DNA from: a virus
DNA length: 42,199 nucleotides
Reading direction: 5' to 3' (one strand)
Virus record (IMG/VR): IMGVR_UViG_3300045988_008931
Coordinates: 1-42,199 of that record
Positions 33,144 through 41,989 of this stretch are shown piece after piece. Under the pieces are notes generated by a model. The model was given only the letters and a program-made list of their open reading frames with translations, searched no databases and was not told the DNA's origin. How positions within the stretch are numbered: position 1 is the first letter of the stretch; every line of letters starts with the position of its first letter. Both the position numbers and the translations under genes were made by a program.

Positions 33144-33629
33144 TTATTCCAATTTCTCCCAGTCGATGGTCACACCCTTCCCGATGATGTCTGCCGTCCA
33201 CCTGCAGAATGCCATACCCTCGTATCCGTCCGGATCACTGGCTACGGCAATAGCATACTGTACGCAGTCGCTCTCGGTCTTGATTACCTTCGGGTAGAAG
33301 TCCGCATAAGCCATATTAGCCAAATAGAGAATATCCCCGAGGGTTGTGCCCTTTGAGATTATCTCGTTGTTTGTCGCCAGCCGGATTTCGTCTACCGTCC
33401 ACCGGTGGCTCGTTCCGTCTACGTTCTTCATCTGCTCGCTTGCCTTGATTGCTAGCTGTTTCGTGAAGTGGTAGCCGTGCTTGGCAACGTATGCCACGTA
33501 CCCACTGGCTCCCATGAGTGCCTTTGCTGCCTTCTCGTATGGTAAGCTGTGGATGATGTCGTTCTCTTGGTGATGGTGTCGCTCTTCCTCGCTATCGCAA
33601 GAATGGCGCAAAACGATGATTTTCTTCAT
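33144..33629 (-). CDS. Hypothetical protein
   Basis: 161-aa ORF upstream of the holin. Confidence 0.45.
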   Translation of the reverse strand: MKKIIVLRHSCDSEEERHHHQENDIIHSLPYEKAAKALMGASGYVAYVAKHGYHFTKQLAIKASEQMKNVDGTSHRWTVDEIRLATNNEIISKGTTLGDILYLANMAYADFYPKVIKTESDCVQYAIAVASDPDGYEGMAFCRWTADIIGKGVTIDWEKLE

Positions 33630-33640
33630 TGTGCGCCCTC

Positions 33641-34111
33641 CTATCCTAGTTTGTCGAGTAACTGTTTAACCATGCCACGAATGCCGCTTATATCGCCCTC
33701 AAGTGCCTTGAAACGCTTTTCGGTTTCCTGCTTCTCCTTGATTGCCGGGTTCAAAGCTGCAAGAAGTTCTTCGCCCTTGGCTTTCCGCTCCTTGCTTGGC
33801 TCGTATGCCTTGATTATCTCATCGGCTTCATTTACCAATTTCCCAACTTCTGGCAAAAGGTCTGCCTTGTCGGTTGCCAGTACGATTTCGCCTGCAAAGG
33901 TAACTCCGAGGTGTTCGGGTATGGTGTAGATGGTCTGCTTTCCCTCCACCTCGATTGTTACGTCTCGCATTGGCTGTCCGCTGCTGGAAATGGTTGCGAT
34001 GCCAGTGTTGATGTGCGGATGGTTGTCTACGACCTTGCCTTCCTTAACTTCCACCGTCTGCTTGTCTAGCAGATAGACCGGGTGATTTCTTTGTATATTC
34101 TTAAATTCCAT
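33641..34111 (-). CDS. Hypothetical protein
   Basis: 156-aa ORF. Confidence 0.45.
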   Translation of the reverse strand: MEFKNIQRNHPVYLLDKQTVEVKEGKVVDNHPHINTGIATISSSGQPMRDVTIEVEGKQTIYTIPEHLGVTFAGEIVLATDKADLLPEVGKLVNEADEIIKAYEPSKERKAKGEELLAALNPAIKEKQETEKRFKALEGDISGIRGMVKQLLDKLG

Positions 34112-34142
34112 AATGCGCTCTTTTTAGATAATTCGATAAATA

Positions 34143-34184
34143 GACAAAAAGGGGTCTCACTGATAAAACAGCGAGTTGCCCCTT
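34143..34184 (-). terminator. Rho-independent terminator after the N/Q-rich gene
   Basis: Minus strand AAGGGGCAACTCGCTG-TTTTAT-CAGTGAGACCCCTT followed by TTTGTC. Confidence 0.6.
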
Positions 34185-34204
34185 GATAGATTTAGTTTAA
34201 CCGC

Positions 34205-35029
34205 CTACGCTCCAGTTGTGGTCGTGGTGGTCTTCAATGCCGCGATAAGTTCAGCGTTCTGTCTCTGCTGGCTCAACTCCAGGCGTGCATCGTTGTACTT
34301 CTGCTGCAAATCCTGATGCCAGTGATTGTTGAGAACGTCAACGATGCGCTGGGTGTTGTCTTGGTTCGAGCGGATGATGTCGCACTTATCCTGCTGAAGC
34401 TGGAAACCGAGTGCTGAGAAGCCTCGCTCTATGCTGCGGTTGTTGAAATCGAATCCTCGCTGCATTGAGTTCTGGATGTCCTTCTGCCCCAGCTGGTTCT
34501 CGTAGCCCATCTTGATGATGTTCTGCTGGGTCTGGCAGCAACAGTCCTTCAACTGCTGGATGATGTTGAGGTTTCCGAGGTTCGCTGCGTTGATTACTCG
34601 CTCTGCGCTGAGACCAACCTTGCCGCCTACATCTTGGATTGCTGCCTGCACGCCACAGACTGCATTCTGCAGCTGGTTCATATCGCAGTTAAGATTCTGC
34701 GCCAGCTGACCAAGAGCAACATTGTTGCCCTTCACTGCGTCCATCAGGAGAGCCGTATTATTGCCGTCCTGCATCTGTGTGCGAAGGCTCGCAATCTGAT
34801 TCTGCAATTCCGTGTCCTGCAAATTGCCGCCACGGTTATTCCAGTCTCGCATCCAAGCCATCATCATCATATAGGCAAACGGGTTATTCATCCAGTTGCC
34901 CATACCACCGTTCATTGCTGCCAGCATAGTCGCTGGATCATTGTCTCTACCTCTAGCGAGCAAGGCTGCTGCTAGGTTGTCATTGCCACCGTCCCCAGTG
35001 CAATAGACCTTTTCAATTGTGTCTGCCAT
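34205..35029 (-). CDS. Asn/Gln-rich 274-aa protein of unknown function (monocistronic unit)
   Basis: Own -7 box (35079-35086) and own terminator. Low-complexity N/Q-rich helical sequence with a DCCCQ cluster and a TTTTTGA tail. Confidence 0.6.
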   Translation of the reverse strand: MADTIEKVYCTGDGGNDNLAAALLARGRDNDPATMLAAMNGGMGNWMNNPFAYMMMMAWMRDWNNRGGNLQDTELQNQIASLRTQMQDGNNTALLMDAVKGNNVALGQLAQNLNCDMNQLQNAVCGVQAAIQDVGGKVGLSAERVINAANLGNLNIIQQLKDCCCQTQQNIIKMGYENQLGQKDIQNSMQRGFDFNNRSIERGFSALGFQLQQDKCDIIRSNQDNTQRIVDVLNNHWHQDLQQKYNDARLELSQQRQNAELIAALKTTTTTTGA

Positions 35030-35078
35030 AAAATTTTGAGTTAATTACGTTACGGAAACCAAATATTGGAATCCGCTG

Positions 35079-35086
35079 CAAAGTTA
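35079..35086 (-). promoter_or_regulatory. -7 box TAACTTTG
   Basis: Plus strand gctgcaaagttac, 50 nt upstream of ATG 35029. Confidence 0.5.
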
Positions 35087-35188
35087 CTCTGATTTTTGGC
35101 TCGCTCCAAAAAGTTAGTGCAGGGGTATTTATCGAATTATTTTCAAAGAACGCTTTTGGTTATTTTCTTTTTGTTTTCTGCTGAATGA

Positions 35189-35380
35189 TTAAACACAAAT
35201 CGGCTCTACGTCCTTGTTTAGCAAGGTCGCTTGTGCCGTGGCAAGTCGATAAACTCGAGAAGTGCTGATGTATGTGTAAGCCATCTTGCAAAGATGTCTC
35301 ACTGCTGGAACAGTGCGGTTTAATACGGTCGCAGTGGTCGTAATGCTGAATCCTGCGTGTATCATCTGTTCAACGACCAT
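35189..35380 (-). CDS. Small HTH protein (sigma region-4 / LuxR-like look)
   Basis: GFSITTTATVLNRTVPAVRHLCKMAYTYI. In the same frame as 35384-35527, separated only by TGA-TGT. Confidence 0.45.
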   Translation of the reverse strand: MVVEQMIHAGFSITTTATVLNRTVPAVRHLCKMAYTYISTSRVYRLATAQATLLNKDVEPICV

Positions 35381-35383
35381 ACA

Positions 35384-35527
35384 TCATGTCATTACGAGGT
35401 TTTCTGCTCTCGACTTGCCGAGAACGTCTTCTCTCGTAATGCTCAACTCTCCGCTCGGCAGTTCAATAGCACAACACTTGATTACGTTGTCTATAACTCG
35501 CCATAGTTCTTTCTCCTTGTCATTCAT
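35384..35527 (-). CDS. 47-aa ORF (not in ORF track), in frame with the downstream HTH ORF
   Basis: MNDKEKELWRVIDNVIKCCAIELPSGELSITREDVLGKSRAENLVMT*. Confidence 0.35.
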   Translation of the reverse strand: MNDKEKELWRVIDNVIKCCAIELPSGELSITREDVLGKSRAENLVMT

Positions 35528-35538
35528 AATAAAATGTT

Positions 35539-35840
35539 TTAATCGTTCCCTAACATCGAATCAATCATTCCATCAATGGCTTCATCGGTCATACTCTTCT
35601 TAATAGAAGGATCTGCGCCAATTGACTTCATCATCATAGCTACCCAGGGGTTGTCACTCTCCAGCGTGGATTGTATCTGCTCCTTGTATGCTTCGTGGAG
35701 TTCGCCAGATTTCTTATATTCCAAAAGAACCGTGCGCAGGCTTTCACCACGTAGTTATCCATCAGCAAGGGATTGTCCCTTGCCGATGATAATTTAGTAA
35801 GAAGCACAGCCAGTGCTTCATGTAATTGTTTCTTCTTCAT
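35539..35840 (-). pseudogene. About 100-codon gene interrupted by a 1-nt frameshift near 35741-35751
   Basis: Frame 1 reads MKKKQLHEALAVLLTKLSSARDNPLLMDNYVV and then becomes Arg/Trp-rich nonsense. The -1 frame continues as ESLRTVLLEYKKSGELHEAYKEQIQSTLESDNPWVAMMMKSIG...LGND* but has no ATG. Confidence 0.5.
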
Positions 35841-35914
35841 ATTGTCTTATTTTAAAATTTATAAACTCAGCGACTTAGAGTTCAATTCAATATCTACTAA
35901 CACTCTAAGAGTTC

Positions 35915-36319
35915 TTATATAAATTCTTGTTTTTGGTAGATGTCTATAGTTAAAGTATCGTCACCAGCTACATTATTATCAATATCTTCAATCGTTTGCA
36001 AAATGAAACTATCAGGTATATTTTCAACCTTGAATGGATCATAATCTCCAATATGAAACTTCGATAAAGTTTCATAAGTAGAATTTTTATGTATGATTAA
36101 TGCTAGTGTCACGTCTTTGAACTTATTGCCATTTGAAGTAACTTTTATAAAATATTCTGTATTTGCAGTAATTGTTGAAATATCAATAATATTATATAAG
36201 TTAAGTTTCTTATTTGTATAAGAAGTTTTAACTTGATTTGTTGTTACAAGAACAAACTTATAAGCAGTAATACCGTTGGTGCTAAAATCAGCACCTTTAA
36301 CAATTAATCTTTTTCCCAT
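35915..36319 (-). CDS. Hypothetical protein in the AT-rich tail-fibre cassette (fibre accessory/chaperone candidate)
   Basis: 134 aa, 11 nt after the fibre stop. Same AT-rich composition as the distal part of the fibre. Confidence 0.45.
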   Translation of the reverse strand: MGKRLIVKGADFSTNGITAYKFVLVTTNQVKTSYTNKKLNLYNIIDISTITANTEYFIKVTSNGNKFKDVTLALIIHKNSTYETLSKFHIGDYDPFKVENIPDSFILQTIEDIDNNVAGDDTLTIDIYQKQEFI

Positions 36320-36330
36320 AATTTAATAAA

Positions 36331-38421
36331 TTAAATCCATTGTATAATATTTAAAAACTCACTCTTTTCTGTACAGATGAAATCTGCATCGCTTTTACTT
36401 TCTGTTTCTATTATTCCATTGTTTGAAAATTTATAAAATTTGCCAACAATATAGTCAGACTTGCCTTTAAACTTGTCAAACTTTTGATGATTTCTTAATA
36501 TCACATAACCTTCACTACCAGGGTCAATCCTCTCAGCTGCAATTCCGTAAACAAAAGAATCGTCTGCTTGTTTCATTACACCAATATCTGTTTTGACTAC
36601 AGCATCATCAATATTCAACGCATTGTTTCCTGTATTTTTTACAAGTGCGACTTCGTCTGTAAAATATAGTCGTCTTAAATCAAAAATATCACTAATGTTT
36701 AAGTCTATATTATCTTGTGAAATCTTATCTCGCATTTCAGACAATATTGAAGTGTTACTTAAATTTGTATAGTCCTTGTCAAATACAAACGTTACGGTTT
36801 GTTCTCCTACATTCAATACCAACTGTAAGTTTTTGCTAGTACAATCACCTAGTCTTGTACCCATATTTAAACCTTTATATGTTGCAGAATATGGAATATA
36901 CTCACTTCCAATTATACAGTTGTTGTATCTTTTGAACACTTCTCCAAATAAAACATTGCAGGCACTGCTTTCTTTATCTACAGTTATTTCTTTAGCAGTA
37001 TTTGTAGAGAATACAAGAGTGTTAATTTTCTCTATTCCCATTGGGCAACTATTTCCATGACCACTAAGTGAAATACCTCCGTTACGAATATCGTGGCACA
37101 AAGATGCTGTATCAAAGTTTCCATAAACACCTCTGGTACTATTCCATCTAGACATTCTTGTTCCCTCAATAACAAACTTATGTTTCTTTCCTGAACATAA
37201 GTCGGAAAAACCCTGTGCGTCTCCATTACCAATAAATGCACAATTCTTTATGTTGTATTCACATGGATAATCATAGTTGGGATGTGTATGCATTTCGTTT
37301 ATTGCACCGGCTATGTGAGATATTATCTCACAATTTTCCATATATACTCTTAAATTTGGAGCTAGTCCTACACCATAAGCTGGTCCATAATTATTCATAA
37401 CTCCTTTCATTCGTTCCATTTTAATATTTATGTAACGCTTTACTTTGTTAGAATCTGCACCATTTATAGACCCGCTTCCATTTTCTTGATGAACACAATA
37501 TCTAGTATTTGTACATTTAAAATACAAATCCTTCATAATAAAAGAACCATAAGCGAGACAACAATGTAGGTGGTCTTTTCTAGATTTTCCTTGTTTATCA
37601 TTGAGCTGATTTGAAGGAATATTTACCTCTATCTTTACTTGTCTGCCATTTTCTCCCATTATGTTTACGAAATTCTTCATAATTATATACGATGCAGTTG
37701 TATTATATGGAGAATCTTCTGATATAGGTTCACTAGTATTATTTAAATTTCTTAGTTGTGATATATCATTTATATATATATCATTATGAACAACAACCAT
37801 ATATTGGTTTAGATACGTAGCATCCTTACAGGAGTTTATAGCGTCCTGTATATGTTGATATTCATAATTCTTACCAACGTGAACAAATTTATAACTTCTT
37901 TTATTGTTTGAGAAATTATCATAAATGCTTAATAAATCTTCTTTACTAACAATGTCCTCAATGTTAGCTTTTTTTGCAAGTTCAGCAGTAGCTTTCTCAG
38001 AATCAAAATTCTTTGTTCTGATATGTCCTTTGTTGAATTGAACAATATCCTTCTTGCCATCACTAAGTGATAAATCTGCATCATATGCATCATCCAAATC
38101 TGTAGGGGCTTTGGAAATCACTTCATCAATGGCTTCCTGCACGTTACCAGCCTCCAGTCCGCTGGTCTCGTTATTGTACACGACTTTCTTTGCGGCTGAT
38201 ACGTTTCCAACCGCAATACAGAGCCACTTGTCCGTGTTGATGTTCTCAACGGCTCCGTCCGCTCCCATCTGGGCAGGAGCAGACGTATTGTCGTCAATCT
38301 TGCTTTGGTACGTTGAGCCAAGCATGGTCACCTGGTTCAGACGCTGGTAAGTAGTACCCTCCAGGTACTCACCCTTTGAAACCGGGATTTTACCGATATT
38401 TAATTTTGTCGTTGCGCTCAT
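36331..38421 (-). CDS. Tail fibre / receptor-binding protein, mosaic (conserved N-terminal anchor plus AT-rich distal domain)
   Basis: N-terminus KLNIGKIPVSKGEY...TYQRLNQV...SGLEAGNVQEAIDEV is typical of fibre shafts. The distal part has beta-helix-like repeats (NCAFIGNGDAQGF...). Confidence 0.7.
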   Translation of the reverse strand: MSATTKLNIGKIPVSKGEYLEGTTYQRLNQVTMLGSTYQSKIDDNTSAPAQMGADGAVENINTDKWLCIAVGNVSAAKKVVYNNETSGLEAGNVQEAIDEVISKAPTDLDDAYDADLSLSDGKKDIVQFNKGHIRTKNFDSEKATAELAKKANIEDIVSKEDLLSIYDNFSNNKRSYKFVHVGKNYEYQHIQDAINSCKDATYLNQYMVVVHNDIYINDISQLRNLNNTSEPISEDSPYNTTASYIIMKNFVNIMGENGRQVKIEVNIPSNQLNDKQGKSRKDHLHCCLAYGSFIMKDLYFKCTNTRYCVHQENGSGSINGADSNKVKRYINIKMERMKGVMNNYGPAYGVGLAPNLRVYMENCEIISHIAGAINEMHTHPNYDYPCEYNIKNCAFIGNGDAQGFSDLCSGKKHKFVIEGTRMSRWNSTRGVYGNFDTASLCHDIRNGGISLSGHGNSCPMGIEKINTLVFSTNTAKEITVDKESSACNVLFGEVFKRYNNCIIGSEYIPYSATYKGLNMGTRLGDCTSKNLQLVLNVGEQTVTFVFDKDYTNLSNTSILSEMRDKISQDNIDLNISDIFDLRRLYFTDEVALVKNTGNNALNIDDAVVKTDIGVMKQADDSFVYGIAAERIDPGSEGYVILRNHQKFDKFKGKSDYIVGKFYKFSNNGIIETESKSDADFICTEKSEFLNIIQWI

Positions 38422-38431
38422 ATTGTTATTT

Positions 38432-38995
38432 TTAAATGATTTCTTGTTCGATGATTACATTTCCATCCTCATCTGTAGATACAGAGCTGATGGTAGAGTC
38501 TTGTCCGATGATGGCATTGAGGTCGCCCGTCTCATCGTCAAACTCGATGGCGAGAAGGTTTCTGTTCAACTTCTGGTCAAGTTTTTGCATGGAATTATTA
38601 ACATCCTCTGCATTCGCCTTCTTGGCTATCTCGGCATCCTGTGCGGTATTCTTGGCGGTCTGCTCTGAAAACGATTTCTTCACCTCTTCAGCATTAGCTT
38701 TCTTTTCCAGCTCAGCATTAACCCTAGCAGCTTCCGCTGTAAACTTAGAATCTACGTCAGCCGCATTAGCTTTTGTCGCCAGGAGACGGTTCATTTCTTC
38801 CTTGTCTGCCTTCTTGCCAAGTTCAGCATCAACAGCCGCCTTGTCTGCCTTCTTTCCGATTTTGTCTTCTTGTTCTTTGGCAATATCTGCAAGGCCAGCG
38901 AGAGCACCGCCTACCCTCTCGGCTGTGTTCTCGCCCACCTGCGTAGCGTTCTTGACCGCTTCCGCCTGCTGTTTAATTTCGTCTATTGTTGCCAT
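38432..38995 (-). CDS. Coiled-coil fibrous protein with repeated KKA(D/N) motifs
   Basis: Repeats GKKADKAAVD / GKKADKEEMN / EKKANAEEV / AKKANAEDV. Confidence 0.6.
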   Translation of the reverse strand: MATIDEIKQQAEAVKNATQVGENTAERVGGALAGLADIAKEQEDKIGKKADKAAVDAELGKKADKEEMNRLLATKANAADVDSKFTAEAARVNAELEKKANAEEVKKSFSEQTAKNTAQDAEIAKKANAEDVNNSMQKLDQKLNRNLLAIEFDDETGDLNAIIGQDSTISSVSTDEDGNVIIEQEII

Positions 38996-38998
38996 ATA

Positions 38999-39568
38999 TT
39001 AATCTCCTATTGCGTGGATGTGTGCCCTCGTTCCTCGCTGTGGCTTTACCTCCCCTTTCGGGGTGAATGCCTTGAGGTATTCTAGTGCATCGGATAAATA
39101 TCTTTCTGCCATATCCATAATGTCGTTGTATTGCTTGTTGCTCGATACATCTTGAACATGGTCTGAATATTCGTCTCTGTGGTGCATTCCACCTGCTCGG
39201 CTTATAATTGTGCCATCGGCACGAAAAAGTCTCGCATAAGTGAAATAAGCGAGTGCCTTGCGTATTCCGCTGGTGTACTTATGCACCTTGGTTTCGTCTT
39301 GGCTGCAATCGCCCTCCTTCTTTGTGGTGTATTCGCCACCGTCCAGGAAAGTTGCAGGCTGGAAATCGGGCAATACCGAATCACCCCACTCTCCCTGCTC
39401 GGTCGCTGCCTTGAACCGCTCCCACCCGATGGCTGGTATGATGTTCGCATCTTCGCATTCACGAATGTATGCGTTAACATCATCCTCATCTAGGTGTGCG
39501 CTAGTCGGTCGTGCCAGTTCTCGGAACTGGTCTACCGTGATAAGTTGTTTTCTTGTCTGTCCTCCCAT
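38999..39568 (-). CDS. Virion-module protein, unknown function
   Basis: ATG at 39568 (the track starts at TTG 39580, abutting the upstream stop). Confidence 0.45.
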   Translation of the reverse strand: MGGQTRKQLITVDQFRELARPTSAHLDEDDVNAYIRECEDANIIPAIGWERFKAATEQGEWGDSVLPDFQPATFLDGGEYTTKKEGDCSQDETKVHKYTSGIRKALAYFTYARLFRADGTIISRAGGMHHRDEYSDHVQDVSSNKQYNDIMDMAERYLSDALEYLKAFTPKGEVKPQRGTRAHIHAIGD

Positions 39569-39580
39569 AGGCTCAATCAA

Positions 39581-40759
39581 TTAATCTATCGTGTTGTTCC
39601 CTGCCACCTCGCTGCTGATATACTTCAACGGCTGCAGCTTGGGGTCTAGGTTCTGAATGGCAGGATCGTGCCAGCTCTTGAAAATCTTCTTGAAGGCTCG
39701 CTCGATGAAACGCTGCTCGGTCGTCACTTCGCCTGCATAGTACTCGTAGGCATCCTGCATCACTTGTCCGCTGAATCCCAGCTTGCCAATACGGATTGAG
39801 TAGAAGAGTTCTTGATGGAACTGTGCGTAGATGCGCTCGATAACGCTGCTGTCGGTCACTGAAAACTCTTTGTCGAAGTTCTTCGTAGGGAAAGCCACAA
39901 CCTTCGGTTCGTCTTCCTCGTTCTCAACCTCTACCGCAAGAATCTTCGCTGTGTTCTCGTCCCCTTGGAACTGCAAAAGGTCTTCATCGGAAATCATCTG
40001 TCCGCTCTCCACCTCTTCGCCTTTCTCATCGAACTTGGGCACGCCCTTCTTGGTTACGAGCATACACGATACGAGGAAGTTGTTGCGGACGTTTCGCATC
40101 TTCACGTTTCCCAGTCCCTCATCGGTCGAAATCTCCGTGATGGCTGAATCGTAGCTGGCTGTCGGATAGATAAACTGTCCGTCTAGGCTCTGCCACAGAA
40201 TCTGTCCCTTGTAGCTGTCGATGCCTCCTGCGTTTTCAATCTGTTCAAGAACGATGTCGGGGTCGGGGTTGAAGACGTTGATGCGCTCGATAGTCTTCTC
40301 GTTCACCATCAACCGCTTTCCGTTCCTCGTTTTCTTCTGTTCCCAGTCGGGATGCAACAAGACGTGCGCCACGTTCCCCTTGTCGTCTGTCTCTTCAAGG
40401 CGGCAATTTTCAAAGGGTACGTGGCTCACGCTCGACACCTGCCCTAGAACGTTGTAGTTTACATGAAGGGCAAAGCCTCCAAAGCGTGCGAGGTCTTGCG
40501 ATACGTTCCGAAGTAAATCGTCTGCCGTGTCCCCTTGCTGGTTCATCGCTAACGCTGCGATAACATCGCTATCGAAGCCGTAGCCCTCAATGAATCGGGA
40601 ATAGCGGTTAAGGCACAGCATTGCCGTTCCGCTTGCTTCCGTGATGCGTGCGAGGTTCTGCGGATATAGATTATCATATCCGTATGCCTGCATCTTGAAT
40701 CGGCTGACGTAGCCAATATCAACCCTTCGCTTTGGCTTTTTAACTGTTTTAACGTTCAT
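39581..40759 (-). CDS. Portal protein candidate
   Basis: 392 aa. YGYDNLYPQNLARITEASGTAMLCLNRYSRFIEGYGF, an acidic central segment and the C-terminal helical region are portal-like to my eye. Not verified. Confidence 0.55.
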   Translation of the reverse strand: MNVKTVKKPKRRVDIGYVSRFKMQAYGYDNLYPQNLARITEASGTAMLCLNRYSRFIEGYGFDSDVIAALAMNQQGDTADDLLRNVSQDLARFGGFALHVNYNVLGQVSSVSHVPFENCRLEETDDKGNVAHVLLHPDWEQKKTRNGKRLMVNEKTIERINVFNPDPDIVLEQIENAGGIDSYKGQILWQSLDGQFIYPTASYDSAITEISTDEGLGNVKMRNVRNNFLVSCMLVTKKGVPKFDEKGEEVESGQMISDEDLLQFQGDENTAKILAVEVENEEDEPKVVAFPTKNFDKEFSVTDSSVIERIYAQFHQELFYSIRIGKLGFSGQVMQDAYEYYAGEVTTEQRFIERAFKKIFKSWHDPAIQNLDPKLQPLKYISSEVAGNNTID

Positions 40760-40789
40760 ATTGCTTGTGTCGTTTTACTTGTTGTTTTG

Positions 40790-41299
40790 TCACTCTTCCT
40801 TGCCTGCTTTCTCGGCTTGGTCGAGGTCTTTTTTCTTGTCGCTGCCTGCTGCTTTTTCGGCAGGATCTTTCCCGGTGGTATCATCTGCACCGCTGTCGCT
40901 GCCTGCTGGCTGCTGTTTGTTCTCGATAAGTTCCTCGCTGGGTATCTTCTGAAAGTAGCTCTCCATGTGTGGGTACTTCGTCAGATATTCATGCGCTACC
41001 TTGTCGGTCAGGTTCTCGTTCGTGAAAATCTTACCATGGTAGAAGTCCGGGCAGGAAATGATGAAACCTGCCTTCATTGCGTAATTACATGTTTTTGGCA
41101 TTGCCTTTTCTTTTTTGAGTTTTAGATAAATTTCAATCAAAGCATCGTGGTAACACTGCTGGCAGGTTGTCGGAACAAACCGCTTTCGTGTTACCTCGAA
41201 GTAAAGAGATTCGATAACTGCCTTGTCGGTTGCATCAAAGGGACTGTCGAAACGTGCCTTCAACTCATCGACCTTGGCTGTCGCTTCCTTGTATGTCAT
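40790..41299 (-). CDS. Hypothetical virion-module protein
   Basis: 169 aa with a Cys-containing N-terminal half and a charged low-complexity tail. Confidence 0.4.
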   Translation of the reverse strand: MTYKEATAKVDELKARFDSPFDATDKAVIESLYFEVTRKRFVPTTCQQCYHDALIEIYLKLKKEKAMPKTCNYAMKAGFIISCPDFYHGKIFTNENLTDKVAHEYLTKYPHMESYFQKIPSEELIENKQQPAGSDSGADDTTGKDPAEKAAGSDKKKDLDQAEKAGKEE

Positions 41300-41302
41300 A
41301 GG

Positions 41303-41893
41303 CTACGCTGCTGCTTCCGTCAGAAGGCTCTTATACTTGGCTGCTGTGGTCTCGCTGTCTGTGTCGAAGAAGAAATAAGCTGCCTTCGGTACGCTCTCCT
41401 CTTCCAGCGTGATAAGCCAGCCACCCTCGGTGTCGTCTGAGTACTTGTCGTTCTCGCCTGCACTTGCCTTCAGTGCCTGCGCATATCCGAACACCTGATA
41501 CTCTGCATTTCCGTCCGCTCCCTTAGAGAGGTTGCGCAGAATGATAACGAACTTTCCGTTCGCCAGTCCGTCAATAATATTGGCGCAAACGTCAGGTGTG
41601 TTAGCCAATACCACGACTGCTACGGTGTTTTTCCAGCTGTTGCGGTACGTACCAACGGTCAGTTCGGTCTTGGTTCCAGTGAATGGCTTGCTGCCTTCCT
41701 GCCGGATGGCGTATGCTTTCTTGCCAGTCTTCAAGACCAATGTTTTAATTGTATTGCCTTCGACAACGGACTTGGTGAAGTCGATGTCGTCTCGGTTGAT
41801 GATAAGTCCATCGCCCTCCAGTCCCTTGGTTACTTGGTCTTCGCAAGGGATGATGATGTCCTGGGCGATAAGGCTCTCGCAAGTTGTTGTCAT
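41303..41893 (-). CDS. Structural protein downstream of the capsid gene (tail tube or head accessory candidate)
   Basis: 196 aa, beta-rich, first gene after the capsid gene. Confidence 0.4.
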   Translation of the reverse strand: MTTTCESLIAQDIIIPCEDQVTKGLEGDGLIINRDDIDFTKSVVEGNTIKTLVLKTGKKAYAIRQEGSKPFTGTKTELTVGTYRNSWKNTVAVVVLANTPDVCANIIDGLANGKFVIILRNLSKGADGNAEYQVFGYAQALKASAGENDKYSDDTEGGWLITLEEESVPKAAYFFFDTDSETTAAKYKSLLTEAAA

Positions 41894-41918
41894 ATTAATT
41901 CGTTTTTAATTGTTATAT

Positions 41919-41946
41919 CCCCAACACCGTTTTGTGGGTGTTGAGG
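41919..41946 (-). promoter_or_regulatory. Stable stem-loop just after the capsid gene (attenuator or mRNA-stabilising hairpin)
   Basis: Minus strand CCTCAACACC-CACAAAAC-GGTGTTGGGG, 10 bp including one G-U pair. No T-run follows it. Confidence 0.45.
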
Positions 41947-41989
41947 ACTGTCAAAAATAACTTAATACTAAACTGAAAATTAGGTGCGG

